From a virus (taxonomy: Duplodnaviria; Caudoviricetes): a stretch of 61,118 nt of DNA. The position numbers were made by a program, and so were the translations under genes. The notes under the pieces were generated by a model. The model had not been told where the DNA came from and searched no databases. It saw only the letters and a list, made by a program, of their open reading frames with translations. Each line of letters opens with the position of its first letter. Within the stretch, counting starts at the first letter, position 1. The stretch lies in the IMG/VR virus record IMGVR_UViG_3300024264_000034, positions 1 through 61,118 of that record; one strand, given 5' to 3'. Below are positions 39,496 through 49,955 of the stretch, piece by piece.

Positions 39496-42400
39496 TTAAA
39501 TTTGTTGAGATCTTTCAATCTCTTTTATATTTAAGATATTTCTATCTTTTTTATATTTATTCCCATTCGTATCTGTAAGTTCTAATGAAATCATATACTT
39601 TCCTGGGTCTTTAAAAAGATATGTTAGATACTTGCTTTCAAAATATATATCAGCCACTGATGAGTTAGTAGTATTAGATATGATCCACTTAGGAGCATCT
39701 TTGCCAACTATTCTACATTTATCATAGACAAACATAGCCCATGTCATCGGTGGTAATACTTTACCATCATTAATAAATTTAGCAGTTCCCCAAGTAGGAT
39801 TGCTAGTTATACTTTGGCTAGATCGGTAAATTATACTTAAACAATCTACGTTCCCGCCCGATGGGTCTATTTCAAAAGGTACATAACCTGATAAGTTACT
39901 TGGTAATGCAAATATTGAATCTAATACAGTAGTATCAGGTTTTACTAATAATTTACTTATAAAATTAGTATATAGTGCATGGCCTAATGGGTTGTTAGTT
40001 GCAACATCAGAAGGATTATTTGCAGTCCATTCAGGTGATAGTGTCCCACCACTTATATACGTGGTAATAAGATTCCATTCAGCATATATTAATAAGTATA
40101 AATATTCTCTCATTAATAAAGCTCTAAATTCACCTAATGTTTGGCCAGGCTGTTGTGAATATCCTGATGTATCAAACACACCATTATTAATTGCTTCAGA
40201 CATTGCAGCATATGTTGGGCCAGATGGTGATGTTTGATTAAATACATTTGGATATGCACCAGGTAAACCAAATGTTGTTATAGTATGGAGTAAATGTTCT
40301 AATACCTCTGTAATTTGTGCCTGTGGAGTAAGACTGTCATCTTGCCAAATAAAATCAACATTTGCATTATCATCACTAGTTTGGTCCCATCCTGGTAAAG
40401 TATCTAAAGCAGGAGTATACGAACCCATACCAATAAATCCAATCTTCTGAATAGTTTTTAATGATTGCATTGATTGTAATACGGCGGCTTGCTTATCATA
40501 TATTATTCCAGTGGCACTTGGGTCTAATATCATTTCAATACATCTTGCAACTTTTTCTACAAAATTAGATTTAACAGCTGGTGCTCCACTTATTGCACCA
40601 ACCGAAACTAGTGTCATTCCATTTATTGGTAATGCTTTTTCAAACGGTGGGTAAAGATTAGTTAGTTCTATTGGCCCCCCAAAATAATCAGTACTATTAC
40701 CAGTACCTGTTGCGCAAATTCTAATTCCATTTACATCTACTATATCTACTGATTGAAAATCTCCATGCTTTCCAAAATATCTAGATACTGCCTGTACAAA
40801 CATTTCACTATTAGCAGAATTTAATACTAAGTTATAAACGTATTTATTAATAATAGGATTAGTGCTAACATTAAGCTGACTAACAGCATCTCCTAATGTA
40901 ACGGTTGCAGCATCAAAGAAATGAGTTCCTGTAACACCGTCTTTATCAACAATCTTTAAATATGTATTAGGTTTTATTTCACTGAACTGAAAAAATGCAG
41001 GCGTATCCCCAGATGTAGATGTCATATCCCACCATAAGTGGTATGCATTATTCCATGTGCATGATCTGTCATTTAAATTTTTCCATTGATAAGGGCCGCT
41101 AAAGCTAGCTTTACCATTATCCTGGTAATTTAATAATTGAAAATCTGTAGGTGTTCCAATTCCAAATGTAGCTAATATTGCATTAATTCTATCAAGTGAT
41201 TCATATAAACTAGGAGTCTCCTCTTCCCATGTTATAGAAGGTGTTATAGGCAAATCCCAAAGAGACCCATAATCTTTCCAAGTATATTTAGCTTCACTAC
41301 TCCATGTATATTTTAATTTTCTTGATTGATACCAGCCAGAATATTCGACCTCTCTTCCTTCAACACAAATAGCATCATGCTTTACTGATGATGAAATATT
41401 ATTATATAAATCAAATAATTTCATTTCAACATTATAAACACCAACATAAGGTAATGTCATAGGTAAAGTACCATACTGACCTACCGATCCTCTTATCTGA
41501 AAATAATAAGCAGGTGAAATATCAGATGCATCTTTATAAACAGTCCATTCTATTTCTGTAAAGTTGCCAGATTCTAAACCATCCCACGTAAATAATGTTT
41601 CACCAGGTAATTGTATAGTTGTAAACTGTCCTCCGCTCGCAGGGTTAGCCAATGTAAAACTTGTTCTAAATCTATTAACATCATTACCATAACCTCTAAT
41701 ACAAGGTCCTATGTCATTAGTAACCTGTGACCAATCAAACCATAACCAAGGATCTACTTGTGCAGTCTTAAATGCAGCCACCTGATTAAATATTGAAGTT
41801 GTAATTGTTTGTATAGTATCTCCTGCAATAACTGTATGTGTTGCAGACGTACCTGAAGCAGGATCACTTAAAGTATAAACATCACCAACATTTGCTCCTT
41901 GAATATTAAAATCAAAAGTAAAGAAATCATTAGCATTTGTTAATTGATCCCATGTACTATCAATATTATTCCATGTTAAATTATTAAAACTATCATTGGT
42001 TAGCGTAATTAAAGCTCCGCTCGGTACATTAGGTTGGTCTGGTAAATATTCAGATGAATAACCATCTTTATAATCTAACCCAGCCACTTTATTTAAATTA
42101 GGAGCGTATCTAGCAAAGTATGCAGCATATACACCAGCAACATCTTTTATTTGAACTGCTTGGCCAGTTTGTAATGCACCAAGCACGCTGTTTGGGTCAG
42201 GACCAATAGGAGGAGGAGGTAAAATTTGGCCAGGTACATAATTCATTATCATATTTTGTCCAACAGCAGCCCCACCACCTGCACCAGATAAAGGCGCAAC
42301 AAATGCATTACAATAATTAACTATTGCTTGTCCAACCACAGCAGCTTCATCTAAGCAAAAGGAATCAAATCTTCTTAAGTCTTCTAAATAAGTACATGTC

Positions 42401-43644
42401 GCTGGTGCAATTTTAAAATCAGTATTAATACCAGCTTTAATGGTGTTTGTATCATTCCTGCTTATTGTATTTGTAACCTCTAATAAACCAAAATAATCAG
42501 CCTCAGCCGTAATACCTTGTATATGCGCATTAAGTGGAAGATACTCGTTTTCTAGTTTTCTTTTTAAACCAAATAGCTTAATTAAAATTTCTTCAATAGT
42601 AAAATCTTGTAATTCTTCAGTTATTGGTAAATCTTCTTCTGTAAATCTATCAGGAACAATTCTGTTAATTCTATAGATGAGCTCAAACATACTTGTCTTC
42701 CTAAAGTTTTTATTAGGTAAAGTAATTTTCTTGTCATCAAATTGTGCAGTAGGAGAAAACAAATCTACTGCATTGCTTTGGATAAGCTTTCCAAATTGTG
42801 GAGAATTTGCATTTACATTTTTCCAGAATTCTCTAAGTTTTAAATTATCATATCCAAAAAATTTAATAGCATTAATTAAACCTTTATAAGATCCTATGAA
42901 TGGGTATATATTACTACCCTCCATCATAATTTCTTTACGCTTAAGATTAATCTCTACAAAATCAGGCAATGCTTCTTTTAGATTTGTATCTCTAAAAATT
43001 GTACTATCAGATGCAATAACATTATAACCCATATTTTGAGTCATAGTTCTTAATCTCTCGTCTTCATCAATACTTTCAGCGTAAACTGTAAATTCACCTA
43101 TGATAGTATTTGTACATTCATCTGTTATAATTAAAGTTCTTCTGTATGTATTTTCATCTGGTGAAGAAAATGCTATATCTACTTGAAGAGCCTCAGATTT
43201 AATTTGATCAGTTATAATAAAACCTTCAGTATCTATAGTCTGATTATTATCATATTGTAAAGGTACATTTAATTTATCTACCTTTATAAGTGGAGGTCCA
43301 TCAGGTTCCTGTACTAACGCAGACTGTGTACCAGTATTAAATTCTTTATTAAATTGAAAAAGAAATATTTCATTAGGTTGAGTTGTTTCCCAACTTATAT
43401 CCCAGTCACAATTATCCCCAGTAGCAATCTGTTCATACCCATGTGGATAACCAAACATAAATGTACCACTAGCGCTATCAATCATTTTTTGTAAAATGAA
43501 TAGCTGACCTACTTCAAATAAATCAATAGAAACCTGTGGCAAGAAAATATCACCAGTCCACTTATCAGTTGAACTGTCATATGCCATATTGTAATTCTTC
43601 CCATGCTTATCAAAGAAGTATAAATGTTGCCAATTTTTGGTCAC
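39496..43644 (-). CDS. Baseplate wedge protein (T4 gp7/P2 gpI-like) with PKD-like domains and an inserted zincin-like domain (1382 aa, GTG start)
   Basis: IGSYKGLINAIKFFG resembles the KGT..GI wedge motif; lies downstream of a gp6-like gene; YLFKDPGKYMISLELTD is PKD-like; internal EVLEHLLHTI. Confidence 0.55.
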   Translation of the reverse strand: MTKNWQHLYFFDKHGKNYNMAYDSSTDKWTGDIFLPQVSIDLFEVGQLFILQKMIDSASGTFMFGYPHGYEQIATGDNCDWDISWETTQPNEIFLFQFNKEFNTGTQSALVQEPDGPPLIKVDKLNVPLQYDNNQTIDTEGFIITDQIKSEALQVDIAFSSPDENTYRRTLIITDECTNTIIGEFTVYAESIDEDERLRTMTQNMGYNVIASDSTIFRDTNLKEALPDFVEINLKRKEIMMEGSNIYPFIGSYKGLINAIKFFGYDNLKLREFWKNVNANSPQFGKLIQSNAVDLFSPTAQFDDKKITLPNKNFRKTSMFELIYRINRIVPDRFTEEDLPITEELQDFTIEEILIKLFGLKRKLENEYLPLNAHIQGITAEADYFGLLEVTNTISRNDTNTIKAGINTDFKIAPATCTYLEDLRRFDSFCLDEAAVVGQAIVNYCNAFVAPLSGAGGGAAVGQNMIMNYVPGQILPPPPIGPDPNSVLGALQTGQAVQIKDVAGVYAAYFARYAPNLNKVAGLDYKDGYSSEYLPDQPNVPSGALITLTNDSFNNLTWNNIDSTWDQLTNANDFFTFDFNIQGANVGDVYTLSDPASGTSATHTVIAGDTIQTITTSIFNQVAAFKTAQVDPWLWFDWSQVTNDIGPCIRGYGNDVNRFRTSFTLANPASGGQFTTIQLPGETLFTWDGLESGNFTEIEWTVYKDASDISPAYYFQIRGSVGQYGTLPMTLPYVGVYNVEMKLFDLYNNISSSVKHDAICVEGREVEYSGWYQSRKLKYTWSSEAKYTWKDYGSLWDLPITPSITWEEETPSLYESLDRINAILATFGIGTPTDFQLLNYQDNGKASFSGPYQWKNLNDRSCTWNNAYHLWWDMTSTSGDTPAFFQFSEIKPNTYLKIVDKDGVTGTHFFDAATVTLGDAVSQLNVSTNPIINKYVYNLVLNSANSEMFVQAVSRYFGKHGDFQSVDIVDVNGIRICATGTGNSTDYFGGPIELTNLYPPFEKALPINGMTLVSVGAISGAPAVKSNFVEKVARCIEMILDPSATGIIYDKQAAVLQSMQSLKTIQKIGFIGMGSYTPALDTLPGWDQTSDDNANVDFIWQDDSLTPQAQITEVLEHLLHTITTFGLPGAYPNVFNQTSPSGPTYAAMSEAINNGVFDTSGYSQQPGQTLGEFRALLMREYLYLLIYAEWNLITTYISGGTLSPEWTANNPSDVATNNPLGHALYTNFISKLLVKPDTTVLDSIFALPSNLSGYVPFEIDPSGGNVDCLSIIYRSSQSITSNPTWGTAKFINDGKVLPPMTWAMFVYDKCRIVGKDAPKWIISNTTNSSVADIYFESKYLTYLFKDPGKYMISLELTDTNGNKYKKDRNILNIKEIERSQQI

Positions 43645-43651
43645 TGTGCTT

Positions 43652-43921
43652 TTAATTTATTTTTTGATACCATTTAGGAACTGCAAAATTAAAATAAATT
43701 CTTAGGTATTTAACTCTATTAATGTATAAAACCATTATAGGATTTAAGTAATCTTTTAGAAATGTTTTTAAATGTATATTTCTAAACATATACTTAGACA
43801 TACTGTTTTGTAATAATACTTTAGAATAATCAAATCCTGTATTTTTTAATTCCCAACCTTCTTCATATGTAGCTCTATATAAACTAGGGAATCCTGTTCT
43901 ATTATTTTTTACTGTTGCCAT
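43652..43921 (-). CDS. Small baseplate-region protein (89 aa)
   Basis: Tightly packed between the gp6-like and gp7-like genes. Confidence 0.55.
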   Translation of the reverse strand: MATVKNNRTGFPSLYRATYEEGWELKNTGFDYSKVLLQNSMSKYMFRNIHLKTFLKDYLNPIMVLYINRVKYLRIYFNFAVPKWYQKIN

Positions 43922-43922
43922 T

Positions 43923-45779
43923 TTATTTTCCTTTTAATGCTTTTAGTGTTGGGTTATTTTGTAACCTTCCAGTGTTTAATCCTGCTGAGTTTGCACCAGT
44001 AGCAATTGTAGTTCCTCTGTTTCTTTTAGTGTTATTATATTTTTCTTGTTGTATTTTATTATAAAGATTATTTGCAATTGCTTCTTTATAGAATACATTA
44101 AGGGAACTTATTTTATTAGCTTCAGGTATAGGCTCATAGTAAGTACCACTTCTATCTTTCCAACCACCTCTTATAATTGCTATATCATTATTTTCAATAA
44201 TCACATCCCCAAAACTGTCTAATCCTAATTGCGGATCTTCGCCTTTCTTTAATACAATTTTTTTATTCTCAATTAGAACTCTTTGGTCAGTCACAGGATC
44301 TGTTCCATACACAGGTATAAAGTAAAAACCATCTCTTATTGCCTGCTCATTAACTTCTGATATAAAAAATACGTTTACAGAATCAATACCTTCAACGTTT
44401 TCAATTATTGAAATAATATCTGATCTAGGTATTCTATCTCTCCTATTTACATTTAAGAAGTATTCATCTAAATTTTTTCGTATTTCAATTCTTATAGAAT
44501 CTTTATCATAATTATCAAACCATCTTATTACTATATTAAGAGCATACCTTTTAATAGTCGGATCCACTATTCGAGTTTCAGCAGTAACTACTTGCCTTCC
44601 ACTTTTATTTAATATTTCATAAGTCATTTCTTTCTCTTGTGTACTCATTGTAAATTCTACCTCAGGTACACTAAAATAATCTAAATCACTTGTTAATTTT
44701 TTCTTAATGTCTGGAATTAGGAAAAGGTAAATAATATTATCATCATCTAAATATTCATCATTCTTTGTATTGTAAGCATCTATAAAAGACCAGAAATCAT
44801 ACTTACTTAAATAGTAAATATAATTATTAGGATTAGCTAACACAAATGAATTACTTGCATACGGTGCAATTAATCTAGTAAACTGAGGGTCTTCTGAATC
44901 AGAACCAAACATAGGATTTCTTGTAATATTCATTGCAAGTATTTCATTTAAATCTACCTGCTCACCTGATGAATCTGTTCCAGGGTCTATAAATTTTATA
45001 TCTAATTGCTTTCCTCCAATATTACCTGCCGAACCTCTAGTTTTAATATAAGTAACTTTTATTCTGGAACCTAGTGGTGGTGGATATCCAAATTGATTAT
45101 TTCCAAAAAATACACTTAATCCTCCATTAACGCTTGATTTAACCATTGCAGCCTTATCTCCATTATTCATATCATATATAGAATCTTCTAATTTCCATAA
45201 TTCACCATCTACAAAAACCTCTACTAAATATTCATCGGTTGGTTCTTTTGTGCTTAGATTATAACTTTGTAATGGGTTGCCGCTTCCTGTAAAGGATTGA
45301 TCCTCTTTTTCCCCTTGTATAACTTCAACATTAACAAAAGACTTATTAGTTTTATCTAATCTAATAAAGTCACTATTAAATCTTAAAAAATATTGTAATC
45401 CGTTTTGTCCAATTTGAAAAGGTAAACCGTTCATAATTTGTACGTAATCACCATTAAGAAGAGTAGCAGCACTTGTATTTAATCTTAATCCGATAATACC
45501 TCTTGCTGATATACCTCTTGTTGGGTCATGGCCAGTTAACCTAGATAAGCCATAGATAGATTCAATGTTTCTTGCCCTAGATATATTCATTTCTGTAGCA
45601 ACGGCTTCTATATAAAAGAATATCATTTCACCTAAGTTAGAAACAACAGTTAGTATTTGTCCAAACGGTGAAGCCGGCGTAAACACCTCAACTGATTGAT
45701 CATATGTACGCTGGAGATAATCAAATGAATCTTGAAATAACTCCGTGGCTTTTAATCTTGTTTTACTAAAAAATGACAT
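43923..45779 (-). CDS. Baseplate wedge subunit (T4 gp6/baseplate J-like)
   Basis: SPFGQILTV, ARNIESIYGLSRLTGHDP, VFFGNNQFG..P and Y..TRGSAGN; follows a gp25-like gene. Confidence 0.75.
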   Translation of the reverse strand: MSFFSKTRLKATELFQDSFDYLQRTYDQSVEVFTPASPFGQILTVVSNLGEMIFFYIEAVATEMNISRARNIESIYGLSRLTGHDPTRGISARGIIGLRLNTSAATLLNGDYVQIMNGLPFQIGQNGLQYFLRFNSDFIRLDKTNKSFVNVEVIQGEKEDQSFTGSGNPLQSYNLSTKEPTDEYLVEVFVDGELWKLEDSIYDMNNGDKAAMVKSSVNGGLSVFFGNNQFGYPPPLGSRIKVTYIKTRGSAGNIGGKQLDIKFIDPGTDSSGEQVDLNEILAMNITRNPMFGSDSEDPQFTRLIAPYASNSFVLANPNNYIYYLSKYDFWSFIDAYNTKNDEYLDDDNIIYLFLIPDIKKKLTSDLDYFSVPEVEFTMSTQEKEMTYEILNKSGRQVVTAETRIVDPTIKRYALNIVIRWFDNYDKDSIRIEIRKNLDEYFLNVNRRDRIPRSDIISIIENVEGIDSVNVFFISEVNEQAIRDGFYFIPVYGTDPVTDQRVLIENKKIVLKKGEDPQLGLDSFGDVIIENNDIAIIRGGWKDRSGTYYEPIPEANKISSLNVFYKEAIANNLYNKIQQEKYNNTKRNRGTTIATGANSAGLNTGRLQNNPTLKALKGK

Positions 45780-45792
45780 TTACATTATTATT

Positions 45793-46155
45793 TTAAAAAA
45801 GAGCACCTAATACTCTCTGTTCATTTACAAATATATCAACAAGACAGCCATCCCTCTCTAATGTAGAAAAGAATGAAACTTTAGTATCTATATCAAACCC
45901 AGCCATTTGTGGTAAACAGTATGCAGTGATTTGACTATTGATATTATTTTGTATAGTGTTTTCATTTAATACTAATGAAAAAATTAATTCATCTAAATTT
46001 GCACCTATACCAGGTACTCCTAATACATCTCCTTTATTAGTAAACAGGCAGTTTTCTATTTTAAGAATTAATTGAGATAACGTATCACTAACCTCTAAAG
46101 TTTGCTCATTATACTTTGGGGCTAATGCATCTCTACTATAAATGTCTCTAATCAT
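45793..46155 (-). CDS. Baseplate wedge protein gp25-like (GPW/gp25 family)
   Basis: IENCLFTNKGDVLGVPGIGANLDELIF matches the T..GE....P.FG..L...F pattern; 120 aa. Confidence 0.7.
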   Translation of the reverse strand: MIRDIYSRDALAPKYNEQTLEVSDTLSQLILKIENCLFTNKGDVLGVPGIGANLDELIFSLVLNENTIQNNINSQITAYCLPQMAGFDIDTKVSFFSTLERDGCLVDIFVNEQRVLGALF

Positions 46156-46215
46156 TGAAGAACACTAATTTTTTATTATATATTCTCTTTTTATTTAATA
46201 GCTTTCAGATTATAA

Positions 46216-47079
46216 TTATCCTGTGAAAAAGTAATCAACACCTTCATCACCTTTAATTTCTTCTACAACTCTGTCAACTTCTTCTCTACCTTCAGATGAA
46301 ATCATATCATAATTAATTGTAATATTACCTGGAAGATTAAAAGAAAAAGTTCCTAAGATTCTAGAGAGTTGAATTTTAGCCATTCCTATAACATATCTTT
46401 GGAATGCTTCATCTTCAAATAAAGCACAATCAGGAATTGTAGAAAATATTTCAAATATAACTGCATTCTTAGGTAATTCTCCTTGAAATCTAAACTTTTT
46501 TGTAAGCCTATTATAAGTATATGATATTTGTGGTAATAAAACTTGTCTTGCATTATCCATAAATAATGAGTTAACAACATAGTACATTAAATTTTCACTT
46601 CCAATACCAGCACCATAAACATCATCATAAATAAATTTATCAATTGAAAAATCTACATCGTCTGCATTAAAGCTCATACTACCAAATCCACCATCTTCTC
46701 CGCTAAATCCACCAATCTCAAATACATCATTCACAGAATATACTCTAGATGGCATTTGTACTATACCTCTTGGGTTAGCCAACTGATTTTTATTTGTTAT
46801 AGTTTCATTATCTACACCAGTAGCATGTGGTACTCCTTGTTTAAAATCTGGTTTTCTTAATGCCCCTGCTGGCAATGCAATATACATTTGCTCTACACTA
46901 TCCTCGTATATTTTATAAAAATAATTCTTTGCCCTATTTATAATATTAGCCAATTCTTTTTTTGGAACTGTAAATGGAATTTGGCAAGCAATAGTTAAGT
47001 CATCGTTAATTATTTTAATTAATTCATCTAAACACGCAGCTTCTTCTGGATCATTACAATAAGTATTCTTGTTAGCCAT
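46216..47079 (-). CDS. Neck protein (T4 gp13-like)
   Basis: C-terminal RYVIGMAKIQLSRILGTFSFNLPGNITINYDMI matches the gp13 KF..LPGG..NG pattern. Confidence 0.7.
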   Translation of the reverse strand: MANKNTYCNDPEEAACLDELIKIINDDLTIACQIPFTVPKKELANIINRAKNYFYKIYEDSVEQMYIALPAGALRKPDFKQGVPHATGVDNETITNKNQLANPRGIVQMPSRVYSVNDVFEIGGFSGEDGGFGSMSFNADDVDFSIDKFIYDDVYGAGIGSENLMYYVVNSLFMDNARQVLLPQISYTYNRLTKKFRFQGELPKNAVIFEIFSTIPDCALFEDEAFQRYVIGMAKIQLSRILGTFSFNLPGNITINYDMISSEGREEVDRVVEEIKGDEGVDYFFTG

Positions 47080-47085
47080 ACTTTT

Positions 47086-48378
47086 TTATATTTTTTCTAT
47101 TTCAATTATTTCAGCATTTTCAAATCTAGCCATTTTAGTAGCCCTACCTTTTCTAAATATTCCACCGTCCATTTCTCCACTGAATACGCCCTTAGTACCA
47201 AAGACATAAGAATCTTTAACCATGACATTTTTGCTAACATAAGAATCTTCTATCTTACAATCAGCAGCATCAGTTGCACCAAATAAGTTACTTTCAAATA
47301 AAGATGAATTTACTAGTTCTGAACTAAAGATATCACAATTTAAAATATTACCTTGAATTTTACAGTCTACAATATCAATGCCTCTTATCTCAAAGCATTG
47401 CATTAATTCAGCATTCTTTAATTGGATTCTTCCAGTATCAGCATCATAATTAATTAATCCCTCCTTTAATCCTGCTAAAGTTAAAAGTTTAAAAACTTCT
47501 TCCCTCATCTTAGGATAAAATGTTTCTACAATTTGGTCATATGTTTGTAGATCAACCATTAATTTAACCTTAGGAAATTTTTTCTTAAATGCTTGGTAGT
47601 CTTTATAAGATTCAACTATACCACTATGTTTTTCTAAAACAGCATCTAATTTTTTTATATCTTCTTTAGTATATTTAGGATACATTAAAGATTCATATAA
47701 TGATATAACAAAATGTTCTGTTAAATTCATTATAGTATTATACTTCTTTTCATAATCCTTTCCACCTAAATACCTAAACTCTATATAGTTCTTAGGTAAT
47801 TTAGAAAAGTTTACCCCATAATACTTTTCAGACACAAACATATAATTTCTCCAAGAAATTTTTTCTGGTGAAGGTTGTGTCATTCCACTCAAAGGGACCA
47901 CAAATTTTATTGATTTTGCGTAAACTGAATTTTTTCTATTAGGGAATGCTTCATAAATTTTATCTTCATTAAAGTTCAAAACAAATTTACCAATATCCAA
48001 ACTAGATACATTAGTAGGGGTTCCTAATTTCTTTCCATCAAAAGCTACATTAACATGAATGCTACATCGCTCATTAGTGGATCCATTTTCACGAATCCAC
48101 TTTAGAGTTTTTGCAATAATAAGTTTTGATTCAACGAACGGCATTGGCCCAGTGACCAATTCAATCATGCCAGTTCCACCTGAATTATCAGGTTCTAATT
48201 TAAATACTTCATCACTAGGAGTAAATTCGCTATGAGCTTTTTCTTCTATTTGTATTCTTTTATTTAAAGTATTAGAAAGGCTTCTTTTAACCTCATCTAA
48301 TCCTTCATTTGCAAAGAATTCAAATTCTAATCCAATCTTTGATGCATATATAGCATTCAGCTGTTCGTTAGTGTACAT
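47086..48378 (-). CDS. Putative amidoligase (COOH-NH2 ligase type 2) with C-terminal repeat region
   Basis: IGLEFEF, LEPDNS, IELVT, CSIHVNV, KYYGVN and IEFRYLGG motifs. Confidence 0.7.
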   Translation of the reverse strand: MYTNEQLNAIYASKIGLEFEFFANEGLDEVKRSLSNTLNKRIQIEEKAHSEFTPSDEVFKLEPDNSGGTGMIELVTGPMPFVESKLIIAKTLKWIRENGSTNERCSIHVNVAFDGKKLGTPTNVSSLDIGKFVLNFNEDKIYEAFPNRKNSVYAKSIKFVVPLSGMTQPSPEKISWRNYMFVSEKYYGVNFSKLPKNYIEFRYLGGKDYEKKYNTIMNLTEHFVISLYESLMYPKYTKEDIKKLDAVLEKHSGIVESYKDYQAFKKKFPKVKLMVDLQTYDQIVETFYPKMREEVFKLLTLAGLKEGLINYDADTGRIQLKNAELMQCFEIRGIDIVDCKIQGNILNCDIFSSELVNSSLFESNLFGATDAADCKIEDSYVSKNVMVKDSYVFGTKGVFSGEMDGGIFRKGRATKMARFENAEIIEIEKI

Positions 48379-48418
48379 GTAGTTCCTGATTTGTTTATAT
48401 ATTCAAACCAGGAATAGG

Positions 48419-49561
48419 TTATGCTATGTTCATTGTAATCTTACGATCACTAACATTTACACTACCAATTTTTACATTTACAGAATCACCTTTAGATAAA
48501 TCAGCACCTTTTAATTTAGATTTATGTATTAATCCACTAATTCCTTTTTCTAATTCAACAAAGGCACCGTATGAAGTCATCTTAGTTACTTTACCTTCAG
48601 TAATCATCATAGGCTTATATTTATCGTCTACGCCATCCCATAAATCAATTTTAGGACCAAGCTGACTCAATATAATTTTTCTATCTGATATAACTTCTTT
48701 AGCCCAAAAAGTTATTTCATCACCTGGCTTAATACTCCTGTCGTCTAATGATTTTTGTAATTCTTCGGTCAATTCAGCTTTAGGAATTAAACCAGTTAAG
48801 CATTCATCAAATTCTGCAAACACCCCAAATTTTGTAGTTCCAGTTACAAACCCAGTTCTTGGTTCTTTAATAGTTTCATTTAATTTTTCTACTGTTGTTG
48901 GAATCATTGTTCTTAAATATTCTCTGTGAGATACTACAACAGTATCTTTTTCTCTTGAGAATGTTATTGGCATAACAACTATTTCTTTTCCAACGATAGC
49001 TTCAAAATTATGTAATTTATTTAAACCTGCTAATGAACCTGGCATAAAGCATTTAATACCTGCTACATCTACCCAATAACCACCATGAATTAATTCTTTA
49101 ACTTTAGCAGTAAATCCTATTGTAGAATTACCAATGGATTCTTTAATTTCTTTTAACTTAACTTCTCTTATTGCATCAGAAATAGAAGCAATAACATCTC
49201 CAGTTTTTTGATTAGTTTTAATCTTAACATCGATCTCCATACCAACTTCTAATTGTTCTACGATATAATCAGGTTCTTTTGTTAGAGTACAATATGCAGT
49301 ATATTTAGATTGAATATCAATAAGGGCTCTTTCTTTATCTTTAGATATAAAGGTAACCTCCCCTCTTGTGGTATAAGCCACATTGTCTTCTATCAGTTGT
49401 GTTTTTTGTAAAGTAGGATCTGAAACTCCATACATCGAGAGTACATCTGCTGCATAAGCTTCATTACACATTAATTTTGTTCCCTCAGGAACTTGAACTT
49501 TTACTGTCTTTGTATCAAATGGATCATCACTTAATTGAATTGTGATTTCTTGTTCGGTCAT
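48419..49561 (-). CDS. Ribosomal protein S1-like protein with four S1/OB domains (380 aa)
   Basis: GGYWVDVAGIKCFMPGSL...VVVSHR resembles bS1 domain 2; KFGVFAEF..LTGLIP and SYGAFVELEKGISGLIH are canonical S1 motifs. Confidence 0.8.
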   Translation of the reverse strand: MTEQEITIQLSDDPFDTKTVKVQVPEGTKLMCNEAYAADVLSMYGVSDPTLQKTQLIEDNVAYTTRGEVTFISKDKERALIDIQSKYTAYCTLTKEPDYIVEQLEVGMEIDVKIKTNQKTGDVIASISDAIREVKLKEIKESIGNSTIGFTAKVKELIHGGYWVDVAGIKCFMPGSLAGLNKLHNFEAIVGKEIVVMPITFSREKDTVVVSHREYLRTMIPTTVEKLNETIKEPRTGFVTGTTKFGVFAEFDECLTGLIPKAELTEELQKSLDDRSIKPGDEITFWAKEVISDRKIILSQLGPKIDLWDGVDDKYKPMMITEGKVTKMTSYGAFVELEKGISGLIHKSKLKGADLSKGDSVNVKIGSVNVSDRKITMNIA

Positions 49562-49614
49562 TTTTTATTTTTTACGAGGTTATTATAGATTATATATTTG
49601 TACATCTAGTATTA

Positions 49615-49644
49615 GTTATACATATGAGTTAGTAGATTGTTTCA
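49615..49644 (-). promoter_or_regulatory. Putative promoter TGAAAC-N18-TATAAC upstream of the S1-like gene (plus an AATATATAA box at 49590-49598)
   Basis: Minus strand TGAAAC aatctactaactcatatg TATAAC. Confidence 0.5.
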
Positions 49645-49929
49645 TTAGGTAATTGCACCTGCACCTGCACCTGTACCAGTTCCAGGACCACCTGTGGTTG
49701 CTACAACAGTTGTAACAGCAGTAGTTACCAATCCTGATTTTATATAAGCATCTATAGCCGGCGCTGCAATTTCAGCAAATGCCTTACCGCCTGCATTCTT
49801 TATATCAGTATTAGATACCGTTGCTTTTGCATCTTTAATATTTTCTTTTGCCTTATTTTCCATTGCAGTTTCACCCGCAATAAATGCAGCTTTCAGAGCT
49901 TGTGTTAAAATACTTGGTACTAATGGCAT
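49645..49929 (-). CDS. Small baseplate-spike-associated protein (94 aa)
   Basis: Directly downstream of the gp5-like spike; AIDAYIKSG.V...GPGTGTGAGAI C-terminus. Confidence 0.55.
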   Translation of the reverse strand: MPLVPSILTQALKAAFIAGETAMENKAKENIKDAKATVSNTDIKNAGGKAFAEIAAPAIDAYIKSGLVTTAVTTVVATTGGPGTGTGAGAGAIT

Positions 49930-49955
49930 AATTTAAAATTTTATAATTTATATAT

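Noticed and set aside
25446-43644. Diversity-generating retroelement or invertase shufflon acting on fibre genes
   Set aside because: No reverse transcriptase, recombinase, template/variable repeat pair or inverted cassette was seen.
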